This document shows positions 17,026-31,339 of a stretch of 64,000 bases of DNA, piece after piece. The DNA is from Eledone cirrhosa. Its lineage: Eukaryota. Position 1 is the stretch's first letter; the number at the start of each line of letters is the position of its first letter. The stretch is from contig OZ024741.1 of assembly GCA_964016885.1 (NCBI GenBank), forward strand, positions 312,542,001 through 312,606,000. Direction: 5' to 3'. Under the pieces are notes generated by a model. It was not told the origin of the DNA. It did no database searches and saw only the letters and a list, made by a program, of their open reading frames with translations. Position numbers and translations under genes: made by a program.

Positions 17026-17436
17026 TTATTATACATTATATAATACTAGTTACTCATTCTATTTCACTCCTATTTATCACTTCCCTTTCTTTCTGTTTCC
17101 TTTTATTTTTCCTTTCTTTTCTCTTTCTTTTAATTTCTAACCCCTAATCTGTACCTTTTCTTCCTAGACACTTCTCATTTATCATTGTGCCTAACGTAGA
17201 AACAATTATTACACAGCACAATATATTCTTACTTTATATCACCTTAAAAAATCCTTTGTAAACATAAACATTTTTTTGACGTTAGATTATTCATCCTCAA
17301 TACATTATTTTTTCTCCCTTTCATGCTCATCTAACTAATACATATTACACTTATTCATACTCTCTTCTACTTCTTTCACAATATATCCTTAATTACATTA
17401 CTATTACTATATTTTAATATTTTTTAATAATACATA

Positions 17437-17705
17437 TCAACAATATTGGGTGTTGAGTTCTAGTCTATTATTGATAGGTGGTAGTGTTTTATCTATAATT
17501 AGTGCTTCCTTAATTCTAAGATTGCCGAGGTTTCTTTCCTTAGTTTCTATCCTAACTGTTATGGTTTTGTCGGTGTTTTTGCATTTAACTAGGTGTTTCT
17601 TAAATGAGGAAGCGTTAGTATTGAGGTGTTCTTTTATTCTTATGTGGAGTGGTCTGGTGGTGCTACCTACGTAGAAGTTGTTGCATTTGTCACACCCGAT
17701 TTATA
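17437..17705 (-). pseudogene. PLE GIY-YIG endonuclease fragment (not in the supplied ORF track)
   Basis: Manual translation: CDKCNNFYVGSTTRPLHIRIKEH...NLRIKEALII...PPINNRLE..stop. Confidence 0.85.
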
Positions 17706-18327
17706 ACCTGATAGGGCTTCTAGCCCCATATTTACACACCCCATACACACACACGCACGCACACACACGCTTACACCTCCACTTATTCTCTCTCACACAT
17801 ACACACACAAAACCAGTTCTAACACCAGATAACACCTATCCCCCACATTTACGAATTGACTTATCTTCTCACACACACACACACTCACATACTTAGACCT
17901 TCAAGCATTCTCCCACACACTTAAACAGGCATGTATATAAAAAAATTAAAAAACCCTAAACAAACCCCTTTTAAAGGGAGACTACTCTTTATCCACCTAA
18001 TTTTAACTCTTTGACATTAGAGATAGAACAGATACTCTATACTATTTCCTGGCAGCATGGCTTGGCAAGATATTTAGAACGCTGGTTTGAGACCTTTATT
18101 TCCCTCTGAAGAAGAGATATTATCTCGAAAATTAAGGACGTTTAAAATAAATCTAAGGTAAAAGACGAATTGTCAACAATATCTTTTGCAATTGCATTCT
18201 TTTTTTTCTATGTCCATACCTGCATTGTTTTGGCTTTATTATACATATTCAAACGTTTATACCTCATTACACAATGCTTCAAGTGAACTATAACCTCCTC
18301 CATATATATATATATATATATATATAT

Positions 18328-19103
18328 TACATGAATCAAAGTTCTGTTTAAACCATTTTTTCGCTTACAATTGTTTCTTCCAAAGCGAGGTTTGGAGTCT
18401 TCGGAGCAATTTTTCAATGATTGTTTACATACATGACCTCCTTTTCAAGAACAACAAGCTGTAATATTCTAACATAATTCATCAAGCAACCAATATTGAA
18501 TCATCGTAGATTATGTGAAGGACATATAATCTATATATTACGTTTCCTGGATTGTGTAAATGGTGGTGTATACGAAAACCATAACATTGTTTTGCTTCTC
18601 ATTTTTAATATTTTTAATATTTCTCTACACACAAGCTTCTATATGATTCATATAAAAAAATACTTTACCAATACAACCCCCATAATACTGTTGATTGCCC
18701 GCTTAAAATGCTTGTATTACATATAACACCCTGCCGCACTATAATCTTATATAAATAAGACACACGTGCATGCCCCACGTGTAACTATTGAATACACTAA
18801 CAACTTCAAACTATCCTCTTGCTTTATCTTCGTAAACTACCAATGTTGTATTTTAACTTTAATTTTGTTTTCTTTAATATGACTTTTATCTTTGAATGTA
18901 AATTGCCATGCTAAAATATTATAATGGATGTCAACCCACTGTGCATCAATATATACATATGTTTCTGTATATCTCTTGTGTTGAAAAGGAGGTCATGTAT
19001 GTAAACAATCATTGAAAAATTGCTCCGAAAGACTCCAAACCTCGGTTTGGAAGAAACAATTGTAAGCGAATCAATGCTTTAAACAGAACTTTGATTCATG
19101 TAA
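18328..19103 (+). mobile_element. Short PLE 3' remnant with ~125-bp terminal inverted repeats, each with a hammerhead-like motif
   Basis: 18328-18450 is the reverse complement of ~18975-19103. Motif tgct CCGA(A)AGA c tccaaac..gtttgga a GAAA caatt GUA agcg. The internal part is homologous to 29330-30060. Confidence 0.75.
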
Positions 19104-19356
19104 TTTCTATATAACTGCTCTATAGAATAACTGATGTTATTACATTGAGCTATTTATCTTACTGGTAAGAAGGTAGTAATAAATTACTGTCTTTCACTAT
19201 TTAGGGTTTAAAATAAAATATATATAACTATAAAAGGTTTTAGTATATACATAACCATAAATAGTATCCTTAATACTATATCTATATATATGTGTATATG
19301 TACATATATATAAATATATATATATATATACACATATATGTATATTTATAAATACA

Positions 19357-19440
<84 letters not shown>

Positions 19441-19445
<5 letters not shown>

Positions 19446-20063
19446 GCACCAGTTGCTTTCACTTCAATTTATTATAATAAATTCATAATATATTTATAAA
19501 TTTATACATTTCTGGTTGGTTGGTTGGTTTATATATTGTCATAGTTCTTTCGTCACACAGAAAAGACGCAATGTTTAGACAAATTACAGAGGCAATAAAC
19601 ATAAAAGAATTACAACCAAAATTAAATAGAAAATATGAGTGGAACAGCAACATCTCAACTTACAATTAAGGACAAAATTAAAACACACACACACATATAG
19701 AACAAACAACCAACCAGTAACATGTAAATAAACAAATAAATAAATGAACATAAACACACACAGACACCCGGATGTGGCGCATGCGCAGACTGAGCACACA
19801 ACACACACACAGAAACAAAATGGCGTATGACAGAACAAAGGAGAGGCACAGAAACAAAGAAAGGAATCCCCAGTCACTGAAGAGGTCACAGAGTGTGTGA
19901 CGAAAGAACTATGACTATGTATAAACAACTATCTGGTTGTGGAACCAACCAACCAACCAGAAATTTATAAATTTATAAATTTATTATAAATTTATTATAA
20001 TAAATTGAAGTGGAGCAACTGGTGCGTGTGTTTCTTATTGGCAACATGACCCTCCCAAAGTAT

Positions 20064-20070
<7 letters not shown>
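19441..20070. mobile_element. Extra pLTR unit of the 21.8-25.8 kb PLE (short inverted piece, then a + strand 3' end)
   Basis: 19555-20070 matches 25272-25789, and 19441-19559 is an inverted 3' end. Hammerhead at 19872-19916. Confidence 0.9.
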
Positions 20071-20126
<56 letters not shown>

Positions 20127-20174
20127 TGTATATATATTTATATATATATATATATACATATATGTATATATATG

Positions 20175-20258
<84 letters not shown>

Positions 20259-20260
20259 TA

Positions 20261-20325
<65 letters not shown>

Positions 20326-20342
20326 GTATATATATACATATT

Positions 20343-20435
<93 letters not shown>

Positions 20436-20441
<6 letters not shown>

Positions 20442-21790
20442 ATACTTTGGGAGGGTCATGTTGCCAATAAGAAACACACGCACCAATTACTTTCACTTCA
20501 ATTTATTATAATAAATTTATAATAAATTTCTGGTTGGTTGGTTGGGTCCACAACCAGATAGTTGTTTATATATAGTCATAGTTCTTTCGTCACACACTCT
20601 GTGACCTCTTCAGTGACTGGGCATTCCTTTCTTTGTTTCTGTGCCTCTCCTTTGTCCTGTTTTACGCCATTTTGTTTCTGTGTGTGTGTTGTGTGCTCAG
20701 TCTACGCATGCCCCACATCCGGGTGTCTGTGTGTGTATATGTTCATTTATTTATTTGTTTATTTACATGTTACTAGTTGGTTGTTTGTTCTATGTGTGTG
20801 TGTGTTTCATTTTGTCCTTAATTGTAAGTTGTGATGTTGCTGTTCCACTCATATTTTCTATTTAATTTTGGTTTTAATTCTTTTATGTTTATTGCTTCTG
20901 TAATTTGTCTAAACATTGCGTCTTTTCTGTGTGTAGATTCTATTTTTATTTCTATGTCCTCTAATTTACCCTTGTGTTCTATTTTAGCATGTTGGTAGAG
21001 TACAGATGATTCTTTATTATCTTGAAGGTTTCGTCAGTGTTCATTTATCCGTTCCCCTACACTACGAGCTGTCTCACCTATGTACACTATATTTCTGTCT
21101 CTACATTGTCCTTCAGTACATCTTATGCTATACACTACATTTCTAGTTTTACAGTTAATATGGTGGCTTATTTTACAGGTTATACATTTCTTATCTATAC
21201 ATGAGGCTCTTTGAAAAGGGTATGTCTTGCTAATAAGTATTTTTTACGGAGGTACCTGGTCTTTCTACTATCTTAATATTGAGTTTATGTTTATTTAGGG
21301 CCCTTCTAAATTTGTAAGCTAATTCACCTGTAGGTTTTGTATCGATGAACATTACACTCTGGTATTTATTGCTATCATACCACGAGTTTATTCTATTAGC
21401 CTTGTTCCTAGTTCTTTCTATTCTATTCCAAAATTTGCTCCTATACAAGGGGCAGGTCCCATTTATGTCATTATTTACCATTTTTTCCCATTTGGTTCTT
21501 GCTCCTCTATACACTCTGATTTTATCTCTCTGATTGTAGCCAGAGAACTGCATACGGTGGATGAAGTGTTGTATGTGTCTCTCTAGTTCTTCGGGGTTGC
21601 ACATGCGGGACACATTTCTTATCACCCGTACCAAATCCGCAATTAGTATGTTGATTTTGGTATGGTCCGAAACGGCCGAGTTTCGGTGGATCAGATGTTT
21701 GGAAGTCATGGGTTTGGCATAATGGGAATGGAGGATTTGTTTTTTGTTGTTAATGGTATCTAACCAGAATTCTGTGTCTAGTACAGGTAA
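20436..21790 (-). mobile_element. Inverted copy of the last ~1.35 kb of the adjacent PLE
   Basis: Reverse complement of ~24417-25789. ORF 21230-21859 matches ORF 24330-24887. Hammerhead at 20574-20618. Confidence 0.95.
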
Positions 21791-24700
21791 CAAGATACTG
21801 AAAACCACCATGTTCAGTTGTCTACGGAAAACCATAACATCTCGACAACTACACTTCATAAAAGAATGTGCCTCATCCCGAGTTTACACCAACACTATCA
21901 ACACCGACGTTAGAAGATTACAACTCACCAAAAAACAAGCAGATACGCTAAAACGAACATTACTTCTAAACATAAAAAAGAAGATCTATCGAGAATTAAG
22001 TCATCAAGAAAAACATAAGCGTAACCTAATACAAGAAATAGCTAGGATCACCACACCAAGAGAGAAACTAATATTTATAAGCCTTATACGCCCTGAAGAA
22101 CAGTACATTACTCAAGAATGTGATAAGCACTTTAACAAGAAAAGAAAGTGGCTTAAGCAGATAAAGCTAAATCAGGATACTATAGAGAATACCAATAGAT
22201 ATCCCGACAAAATTGACGGTATAAATATGGCCGACACCTCATTAACAGAAGAGTTCAACAACAACAACAACGCAAATATATACGGTAACACAAGAATAGA
22301 TGACGATGAGATGTCTGTGTTTTGTTTACCCCCGAAATTTGCGACATTCAAGAAGGTAAATATGATTAGTTGTCTGTCAGAAATAGAAAAATCATTTACA
22401 AAATTACGCTGGAGCCTCAAAAGCAAAAACAAAAACAAAAGCAACAATATACGCACACACATATACAACACACATCCCAACAACAATAGACACACAGACA
22501 CAAACAACAATAACAACAACACACACACCAACAACACCAACAATAACAACATACCCAGAAACAACAACAATAGACACGCAGACACAAACAACAATAACAA
22601 CACACACAACAACAATAACACACACGGAGACAATAACAACACACATCAACAACAGCACACATCAACAACAACAACAACACACACACATTCAATGCCTCTC
22701 ACCACTTCCACAATCTTAACAAACACACAGACACAGAAAACAAGTAATGACAGTAGCACAGAAATCACAGAAATAAGGGAAAGTAATAGGATTAAAAAGA
22801 GAAGGGAGACTAAGGACAAAGAGAATAACCAAGACGAACACACAGACGCACAAAATAGGGTAGATAACAACAATGAGCCAGTGGAAAGAGACAGGAGTAA
22901 TTGTGAGAGATATATAAACAACCATGAGGCTGTTGGTGGAAATAGAAATAGAAACAACACAACTAACAATAACAATAGCATTAGTACACATAAAGCAGCA
23001 GCCTGGAACTCTACGTTTTATAATCCCTCCGATAAATTATTCGACCTGCGACGAGTCCACGCCACGACTTTACCATTTAACAAACGCACGCAATTGCCGT
23101 CGCAGGTCGATGAACAAACAGAAGCACAATTTAGTATAGCTAGATCCGAACTTAGAAATATTATAGAACAATATCGCAAGAAGCATAATAGAATGGAGGC
23201 CCAGCAACTGGGAGAAAAATCTGCAAATGGCTTGCGTAAGCTCATGAAGCGCTCGCGTAATGGATAGATAGCATGCTTTCCAACAGACAAGTCTGGCAGA
23301 ATGTCGGTTGACAGCCTGCCAAACTACATCCAGGCAATGCAACCCCACATCACTAACACAAGAGAGGTAACACCACAGGAGCATGACGATAGAGAAAAAG
23401 CTCTCAATGCCCATATGGTGATGTGGACGAATATAATGCAGCCCAACCAAAGGACTGCCAACAACTTCCAGGCCTGGAACAATGACGTGCCGGCGTTGTA
23501 TGGGCTTCGAAAAGACCATAAAACGGGCTGTGACCCTGTCGCGGGACCACCAACACGGCCAGTCTGTGGAGCTAACATTGCTAGTAACTACAGACTGTCC
23601 TACTTGCTCTCCCTGATCATACGCCCCATCATTGAAATGTCCCCAGATGTATGTAACAGCACGGAGGACCTCCTCAGCAGAATCGGCGTGAGTAACCGAT
23701 CAGGGGACCTAACAAACTGCATAATAGGCAGTATGGATGTTGTGTCCCTGTAACCATCTATTGACGTAGATTTTGCTGTGGAGAAATGCGTAGAAATGAT
23801 CAGTGAGAGCAAGGTTGAGTTCCGTGGGATTGATACCAGTGAGCTGGGACTCCTACTTAAGCTTACCTATAGTAATAATTACCTAGACACATATGACCTT
23901 AGCAACCTGTGCCCTACTAGACAAGCAAGAGGCAGAACACCTACCATTACATCAATGGCCAAGAAAACCCACACAGATAGATGGAATGGGTGGACCAGAG
24001 CCATACGGACACCCGAAAACCACGATGAACTGAAGAAAATGATTGCACATGCGGTAGGGGCCAGCATAAAACTAACCCTTAAGGAACATATGTTCAAATT
24101 TAATGGAAAAACATATGCCCAAGAGGAAGGAGCAGCCATTGGTGTTAGCATTGCAGGCGACATAGCTAACTTATTCATGGTATGGTGGGACAGTAGACTT
24201 AAACTTAAACTTAAAGAACAATTAGAAGACCCCTTAACCCTGATAATGTACTCCCGCTAGGTATATGATATAAACATCGTAGTTAAGACACCCCCACTAG
24301 AGAACAGTCAGGAACTATAGAAAAACACAATGGAAAGCATCCAGCAAATAGCAAACTCCATCCACCAGAGCATTAGAGTTACTAAAGACTACCCAAGTAA
24401 ACACCCCAAACATCGATTACCTGTAATAGACACAGAGCTCTGGTTAGATACCATTAACAACAAAAAACAAATCCTCCATTCCCATTATGCCAAACCCATG
24501 ACTTCCAAACATCTGATCCACAGAAACTCGGCCGTTTCGGACCATACCAAAATCAACATACTAATTGCGGATTTGGTACGGGTGATAAGAAATGTGTCCC
24601 GCATGTGCAACCCCGAAGAACTAGAGAGACACATACAACACTTCATCCACCGTATGCAGTTCTCTGGCTACGATCAGAGAGATAAAATCAGAGTGTATAG

Positions 24701-25847
24701 AGGAGCCAGAACCAAATGGGAAAAAATGGTAAATAATGACATAAATGGGACCTGCCCCTTGTATAGGAGCAAATTTTGGAATAGAATAGAAAGAACTAGG
24801 AACAAGGCTAATAGAATAAACTCATGGTATGCTAGCAATAAATACCAGAGTGTAATGTTCATCGATACAACCCCTAGAGGTGAATAAGCTTACAAATTTC
24901 GAAGGGCCCTAAATAAACATAAACTCAATATTAAGATAGTAGAAAGACCAGGTACCTCCGTAAAAACACTTATTAGCAAGACATACCCTTTTCAAAGACC
25001 CTCATGTATAGATAAGCAATGTATAACCTGTAAAATAAGCCCCCATATTAACTGTAAAACTAGAAATGTAGTGTATAGCAAAAGATGTACTGAAGGACAA
25101 TGTAGAGACAAAAATATAGTCTACGTAGGTGAGACAGCTCGTAGTGTAGGGGAACGGATAAATGAACACTGGCGAGACCTTCAAGATAATAAAGAATCAT
25201 CTGTACTCTACCAACATGCTAAAATAGAACACAAGGGTAAATTAGAGAACATAGAAATAAAAATAGAATCTACACACAGAAAAGACGCAATGTTTAGACA
25301 AATTACAGAAGCAATAAACATAAAAGAATTACAACCAAAATTAAATAGAAAATATGAGTGGAACAGCAACATCACAACTTACAATTAAGGACAAAATGAA
25401 AACACACACACACATAGAACAAACAACCAACCAGTAACATGTAAATAAACAAATAAATAAATGAACATAAACACACACAGACACCCGGATGTGGCGCATG
25501 CGCAGACTGAGCACACAACACACACACAGATACAAAATGGCGTAGGACAGAACAAAGGAGAGGCACAGAAACAAAGAAAGGAATCCCCAGTCACTGAAGA
25601 GGTTACATAGTGTGTGACGAAAGAACTATGACTATATATAAACAACTATCTGGTTGTGGAACCAACCAACCAACCAGAAATTTATAAATTTATAAATTTA
25701 TTATAAATTTATTATAATAAATTGAAGTGAAAGCAACTGGTGCGTGTGTTTCTTATTGGCAACATGACCCTCCCAAAGTATAACAATATCGGTTTCAACA
25801 CACGATTTCAGATAAAGAATCCTGCTAAATATATTCAGAAACGAAAT
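21791..25847 (+). mobile_element. Near full-length PLE of a third lineage: long N-terminus, RT and GIY-YIG, inactivated by in-frame stops
   Basis: PTDKSG, LYGLRKDHK, PTRPVCG, SMDVVSL*PSI, QEEGAAIG..IANLFMVWWD, R*VYD (decayed YVDD), LPVID, HYAKPM, VYVGETARSVGERINEH, RQITEA, LNRKYEWN. Stops at 23265, 23751, 24258, 24318 and 24885. Confidence 0.92.
25589..25633 (+). ncRNA. Minimal type I hammerhead in the pLTR
   Basis: agtca CUGAAGA g gt(c/t)aca..tgtgac GAAA gaa CUA tgact. Three copies; the C/T difference keeps stem II paired (G-C vs G-U). Confidence 0.8.
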
Positions 25848-25994
25848 ATATATATATATATGTATATTTAGTTAGAGAAGCAAAAAATTGCTTATTGTAA
25901 TCCAGTTTTTGGTTAAGAAAGCCAGTTTCATGGATGGTTTCAACGTACGGTTAGGGGTAGCTCCACAAGTTTGTAAGAATTCCATTCAATCCTG

Positions 25995-26243
25995 GAGTAT
26001 AAAGTATAAAAGAGAAAACACAGGTAAGCATTAAGATAAGGATTTAATCCAGGTATTTACGACCGTTTCATTGGTAAGTGCAACCTTATATTGCTATACT
26101 GCAAATAGCAGCCACTCAGGGTGTATTGATGGTTACTTTCCCTCAGTTGCCAGGTCTTGTTTGCAAGGGTAGTTACATAACGGTGCTGGGAATGTTTCAT
26201 TGCGTAACGGTGTGTATACCAACTAGCTTTAAAAGTATTCCCA
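25995..26243 (-). mobile_element. Inverted, internally deleted 3' end of the following PLE
   Basis: Reverse complement of ~28020-28150 joined to ~29143-29260. Confidence 0.9.
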
Positions 26244-28652
26244 AAAGCGGAGGAATAATAAACTCCAGAATGACATAAATACATTCATAAAAAAGCTGCG
26301 AACCACCAATGGAATTATTGTCAAAGCGGACAAAACATCAAATGTGTATACGATGGATGTTAATACATACAATAGCTTCATACGGAATGAATTACATAGG
26401 AAATACAAAAAAACAAATGAGGCGGCACTGATAAACATCAACAACGAGGCACACAATATAGTCAAAGACCTAGGAATTAACGACAGAACGGAGCCACTTA
26501 AGCCATGTACCCCCACATTTAACCTCAAGGACCACAAGGTAAATTTTGATTATAACCCGACTATTAGACTTATATGCCCATCCAAATCGGACATCGGGAA
26601 AATTAGTAAACATATATTAGACAGAGTGATAGCACAAATGAAGAATAAACTAGTGATTAAACTATGGGGTAACGCTACCGAAACAATTAAATGGTTTAAC
26701 AATATAGCTAACAAGGAAGTATCTAAATTTATACAATTTGACATTAACGATTGTTACTCATCTATATCCCCCAACACCTTGGATAAGGCCTTAGCATTCG
26801 CCAAAGCCAATTCTGACATAACAGACGACGAGATAAAAATCATACTAGCTGCTAGGAAAACAATAATTAAATTTGAAAACGCCTATTGGGAACGTAAGGA
26901 TAGATTAAATAACTTTGACATCACGATGGGGGCTAACGACTCGGCTCAAGTCACAGACTTAGTAGGTATTTACATAGCCCATAGTTTACAAAGCGAGTTT
27001 AGCGACCTTCACGGTGGAATCTACAGAGACGACGGCCTTCTCCTAGTTAAGAACCTAAATAACCAGAGCATAGAAAGACTCCGTAAGAATATTAGAAAGA
27101 CTCTCGGAAAACTAGACCTTAGCATAACGTACGAGTATAGCACTAAAACAGTTAACTTTCTAGATGTCACGCTTAACCTAAATACTTGACTTATAAGACC
27201 TTTTCAAAAGATTAATGAAAACTTAGCATACATCAACTGTAACTCAAATCACCCACTATCAATAATTAAATCCATTCCACGCAGCATATCCCTTAGGATC
27301 TCCCGCCTCTCATCTAACCGGCAAATCTTCGAAGAACATGCAGAATACTTCAATACCGCATTAGACAAGGCAGGCCACTTAGATAGAGTAGAATATATAG
27401 ATGAAAGCCTCTGTGAAGAACACACGAACACGCATAACACAAACTCCAGAAACACACGCATACACACATTTACGCATAGAACCGCAAAGTATACGGCAAA
27501 TAGAAGTACAACATCGAAATCAAACAAGTCACGCAGTAGAAAATATATTTGGTATAACCCCATATTTAACACCTCTATTAATACTAACCTACCCTCTACT
27601 TTCTTTAGAATAATAAATAGGCACTTTCCAGATTCACATAGATACAGCATATCCTTAACACTAAATCTATTAGACTATCCTACTCCACGGCACCAAATAT
27701 AGAAGCACACATTAAGATGCTTAACGCTAAAAAGATACATAACAACACCAAAACACAAATTTACAACAATAACAATACAATTACCACCGAACACAACAGA
27801 ATATCTAATACACAACCACCCGCTAATAGGCAAACAAAACGTAACACAATTGTTCAGGCATCGCAGCCCACAAATAATGCCAAAGATGCCCATAACAAGA
27901 AATGCAACTGCCACCTACCTGAAACCTGTCCATTACAAAATGAATGTATGCAGTCTAACCTGGTTTACCAATGCACAGTGGAATCAGACAACCAGAAATG
28001 GTATTACATCGGAGCGACTGGGAATACATTTAAAGCTCGTTGGTATACACACCGTTACGCAATGAAACATTCCCAGCACCGTTATGTAAGTACCCTTGCA
28101 AACAAGACCTGGCAACTGAGGGAAAGTAACCATCAATACACCCTGAAGTGGAAAACATTATCAAACGCGCCCCCATATCGGAGTGGTATGAGAAGCTGTC
28201 GATTATGCGACCTTGAGCTGTTCCACATCTTAAGTTCGAAGAATAGGTTACTCAACAATAAAATTGAGAGATCAATTTATTGTAACCATAGACTCAAAGA
28301 GAAATGTTCGCACTACAAATCGAACACTTAACCTCTTACTACCAACTGACAAACTGCATATACTTAGACTTTATACCCTCTTATATCTAGACCCTTTAAT
28401 TACCAACAAAACCAACACATATACCCCCCCCCCCCCTTCTCCCTTATTCCTCTTCTATTTCTTTGTTTTCTTCCTTCCTTCCCCCTTCTTGGCTATCTTT
28501 TCCTTTCTTCCTTCTCCCCCCTTTCTTTGCTTTTATTCTTGTCATTATTATCTTTATTTTTACTTTTATATATATATGTGTATATGTATATTTTTTTTTC
28601 TATATATATATGTATATATATGTGTATATGTGTGTGTGTGTGTATGTATATA

Positions 28653-28698
<46 letters not shown>

Positions 28699-28736
28699 TG
28701 TGTGTATGTGTGTGTATATGTGTGTATGTGTCTGTA

Positions 28737-28783
<47 letters not shown>

Positions 28784-29259
28784 CTCTTTATATCTCTCCC
28801 CCCCCTCTCTCTCTCTCTCCCTCTCTATCCATCCCTCCCACTATTATCTATTTAATTCTCTTTAACTCACTACACTCCACGACATGATGTCTGCTATCAA
28901 AACTGACCAAAGAATCCTTCCACCTCTACCCCTACCTCCACCTCAGTTTGTCATTCTACTTCCTACCTCTTCCCCCTTCCTCTCTCTCTATACTATGCCG
29001 TCTGTCCTCTCACCTCCTGATTCCTCTCTCTCTCTATACTAGTAAATACAATTCCAAATAAATGTTTTTCTCTATATATTAAGAACTCTTTCAAGAGTAA
29101 CTCACTAATTTGAAAATTTGGACTGTGAACAACAATTATAATTGAGTGGCTGCTATTTGCAGTATAGCAATATAAGGTTGCACTTACCAATGAAACAGTC
29201 GTAAATACCTGGATTAAATCCTTCTCTTAATGCTTACCTGTGTTTTCTCTTTTATACTA

Positions 29260-29260
<1 letters not shown>
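26244..29260 (+). mobile_element. 5'-truncated PLE (Naiad-type): RT, GIY-YIG and 3' UTR, disrupted
   Basis: ADKTSN, LKDHK, FDINDCYSSISP, FDITMGANDSAQVTDLVG, GIYRDDGL, CNCHLPETCPLQNEC, LVYQCTV..YYIGAT, CRLCDLE. Stop at 27187 plus frameshifts. Confidence 0.93.
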
Positions 29261-29329
<69 letters not shown>

Positions 29330-30060
29330 GAATTCACAAGAATCAAAGCTATGTTCAAAGCATTTGTTCACTTACAATTGTTTCATCCAAACCTAGGCTT
29401 GTAGTCTTCGGACCATTTTTCAATGTTTGTACACATGATTGATCTCCTTTCCAACGCAAGAGATACACAGATACATATGTATATATTGATGTACAGTTGA
29501 GAGACATATATTATATTATATTTTTGTATAGCAGTTCAAATTCAAAATCAAAATCACATTAAAACAAAATCAAAGCAAAATTAAAATACAATCGGCAGTT
29601 AACATAGATAATGCAAGAGGATAGTGTGTTAGTCAGATGTAGTAGTTATTTTAGTTATTTTATGCGTTAGTTACACGTGGGGCATGCACGTGTGTCTCAT
29701 TTATATATGATTATTGTGCGGCAGGGTGTTACATGTAATAGAAGCACTTAAAGCGGATAAGTAAGAGTATTATGGAGGTTGTAGTGGTAAGGTATTTTTT
29801 GTATATGATACAGAAGTATGCGTGCAGAGAAATAGTATAAAGGAGAAGCAAAAGAAAGTTATGGCTTTTGTATCCAGCACCATTTTCACTTTCAAGAAAC
29901 GTAATATATAGTTTATACATCCTTCACATAATTAACGATGATTCCGTATTGGATGTTTGATGCATTAAATTAAATTATTTCAGCTTGTTGCGGCTCAGTG
30001 TTCTTTAATCCAATTTTATAGAGTAGGTTGTTTCTGTTGCGAGAATTTACATCGGTTTAT
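29330..30060 (-). mobile_element. Diverged homolog of the 18.3-19.1 kb PLE remnant
   Basis: Shares acaccctgccgcac..gacacacgtgcatgccccacgtgtaa and the CCGAAGA..GAAAcaattGUA motif (29368-29415). Confidence 0.75.
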
Positions 30061-30479
30061 TATCCGGAAGAATGTGTGTGATTAAGGGGAGGTAATGCGC
30101 AAGGGGAGGTAACTAGTTGATTTCTATAACTAAATTTATTATTCCAACATACATTATAACATACATTATAAGGTGTCTCAATTGAGTCCCTTATATAGAC
30201 AGTTATATATTCAGTTTCCAATGTTAAGTATCCTATTTTTAATTACAGTCTACTCTATCATGAAGTACTAAAGGTATCTATATTAGGATAATTACTCCCT
30301 ACCATAGAGTGCTACAACTGAATATTCCATACGAAGAGCCACATCTTTATATCAAAGTTCTTTGCAAATGTAGTCTACTCACAGTACCTGTAGGGGGACC
30401 TAGTAGAACTACGTCTATATAACCCCTGGTAAGGTCTGGGGCAGCGTATGGCTTACTGAATGGCAAAGCTAAATACATC

Positions 30480-31085
30480 TCTAGGGCAGACCAAAAACAC
30501 ATAGTTACAACATTATTTCGCACAATATTTCCATGAGGAAAAATAGTAATAAGAATAACAACCACACACACACACTAATACGAGGGATGGCAATAAACCA
30601 AACCCACACCACAGAAGTCATATATTACCATAAACGGAAGCATCTCACCAGACATAAAAAACAAAAATAGAAGAAGGAATAATACTTTTTTCAAACCTCC
30701 TTTCAATCTAAACGTCTCTACCAACCTACCCAAGGCTTTCTTCTCACTCCTGGATAAAAACTTCCCATCTGGCCACAAGTATCATAGTCTTATAAACAAA
30801 AACACAATTAAAATCTCCTACTCTACCAGGCCTAACATCGCATACCACATAGCTAGTAGCAATAAAAGAAAAAATAATACTTACTTCCAATAAACTAAAA
30901 CACGACAGGGGGTAAACCTTCATCATAACATTATATCTACTAACCCTGATATCAATAGTAATAATAGTAATACCACTGGTGTAAGCGATAACGCTGAGAG
31001 CGACAACCCCCATAGCCACAATACAACAACTAACAACCATCCTTCTACACAACTAATAACCGGCAGGTTAACATTCAAAATAATT
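30480..31085 (+). pseudogene. PLE (Naiad-type) RT-EN linker fragment
   Basis: Manual translation: FFKPPFNLNVSTNLPKAFFSLLDKNFPSGHKYHSLINKNTIKISYS. Ends in (TA)n. Confidence 0.8.
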
Positions 31086-31101
31086 GTAATGTATATATAT
31101 G

Positions 31102-31219
<118 letters not shown>

Positions 31220-31229
31220 TACATATATG

Positions 31230-31339
<110 letters not shown>

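Noticed and set aside
27187-27189. In-frame TGA codons in Naiad-type ORFs as possible selenocysteine (reported for some Naiads)
   Set aside because: The TGA at 27187 aligns with Gly (NTGQIRPF in the sister copy) and the TGA at ~6670 aligns with Trp. The Cys motifs use normal codons, so these are nonsense mutations.
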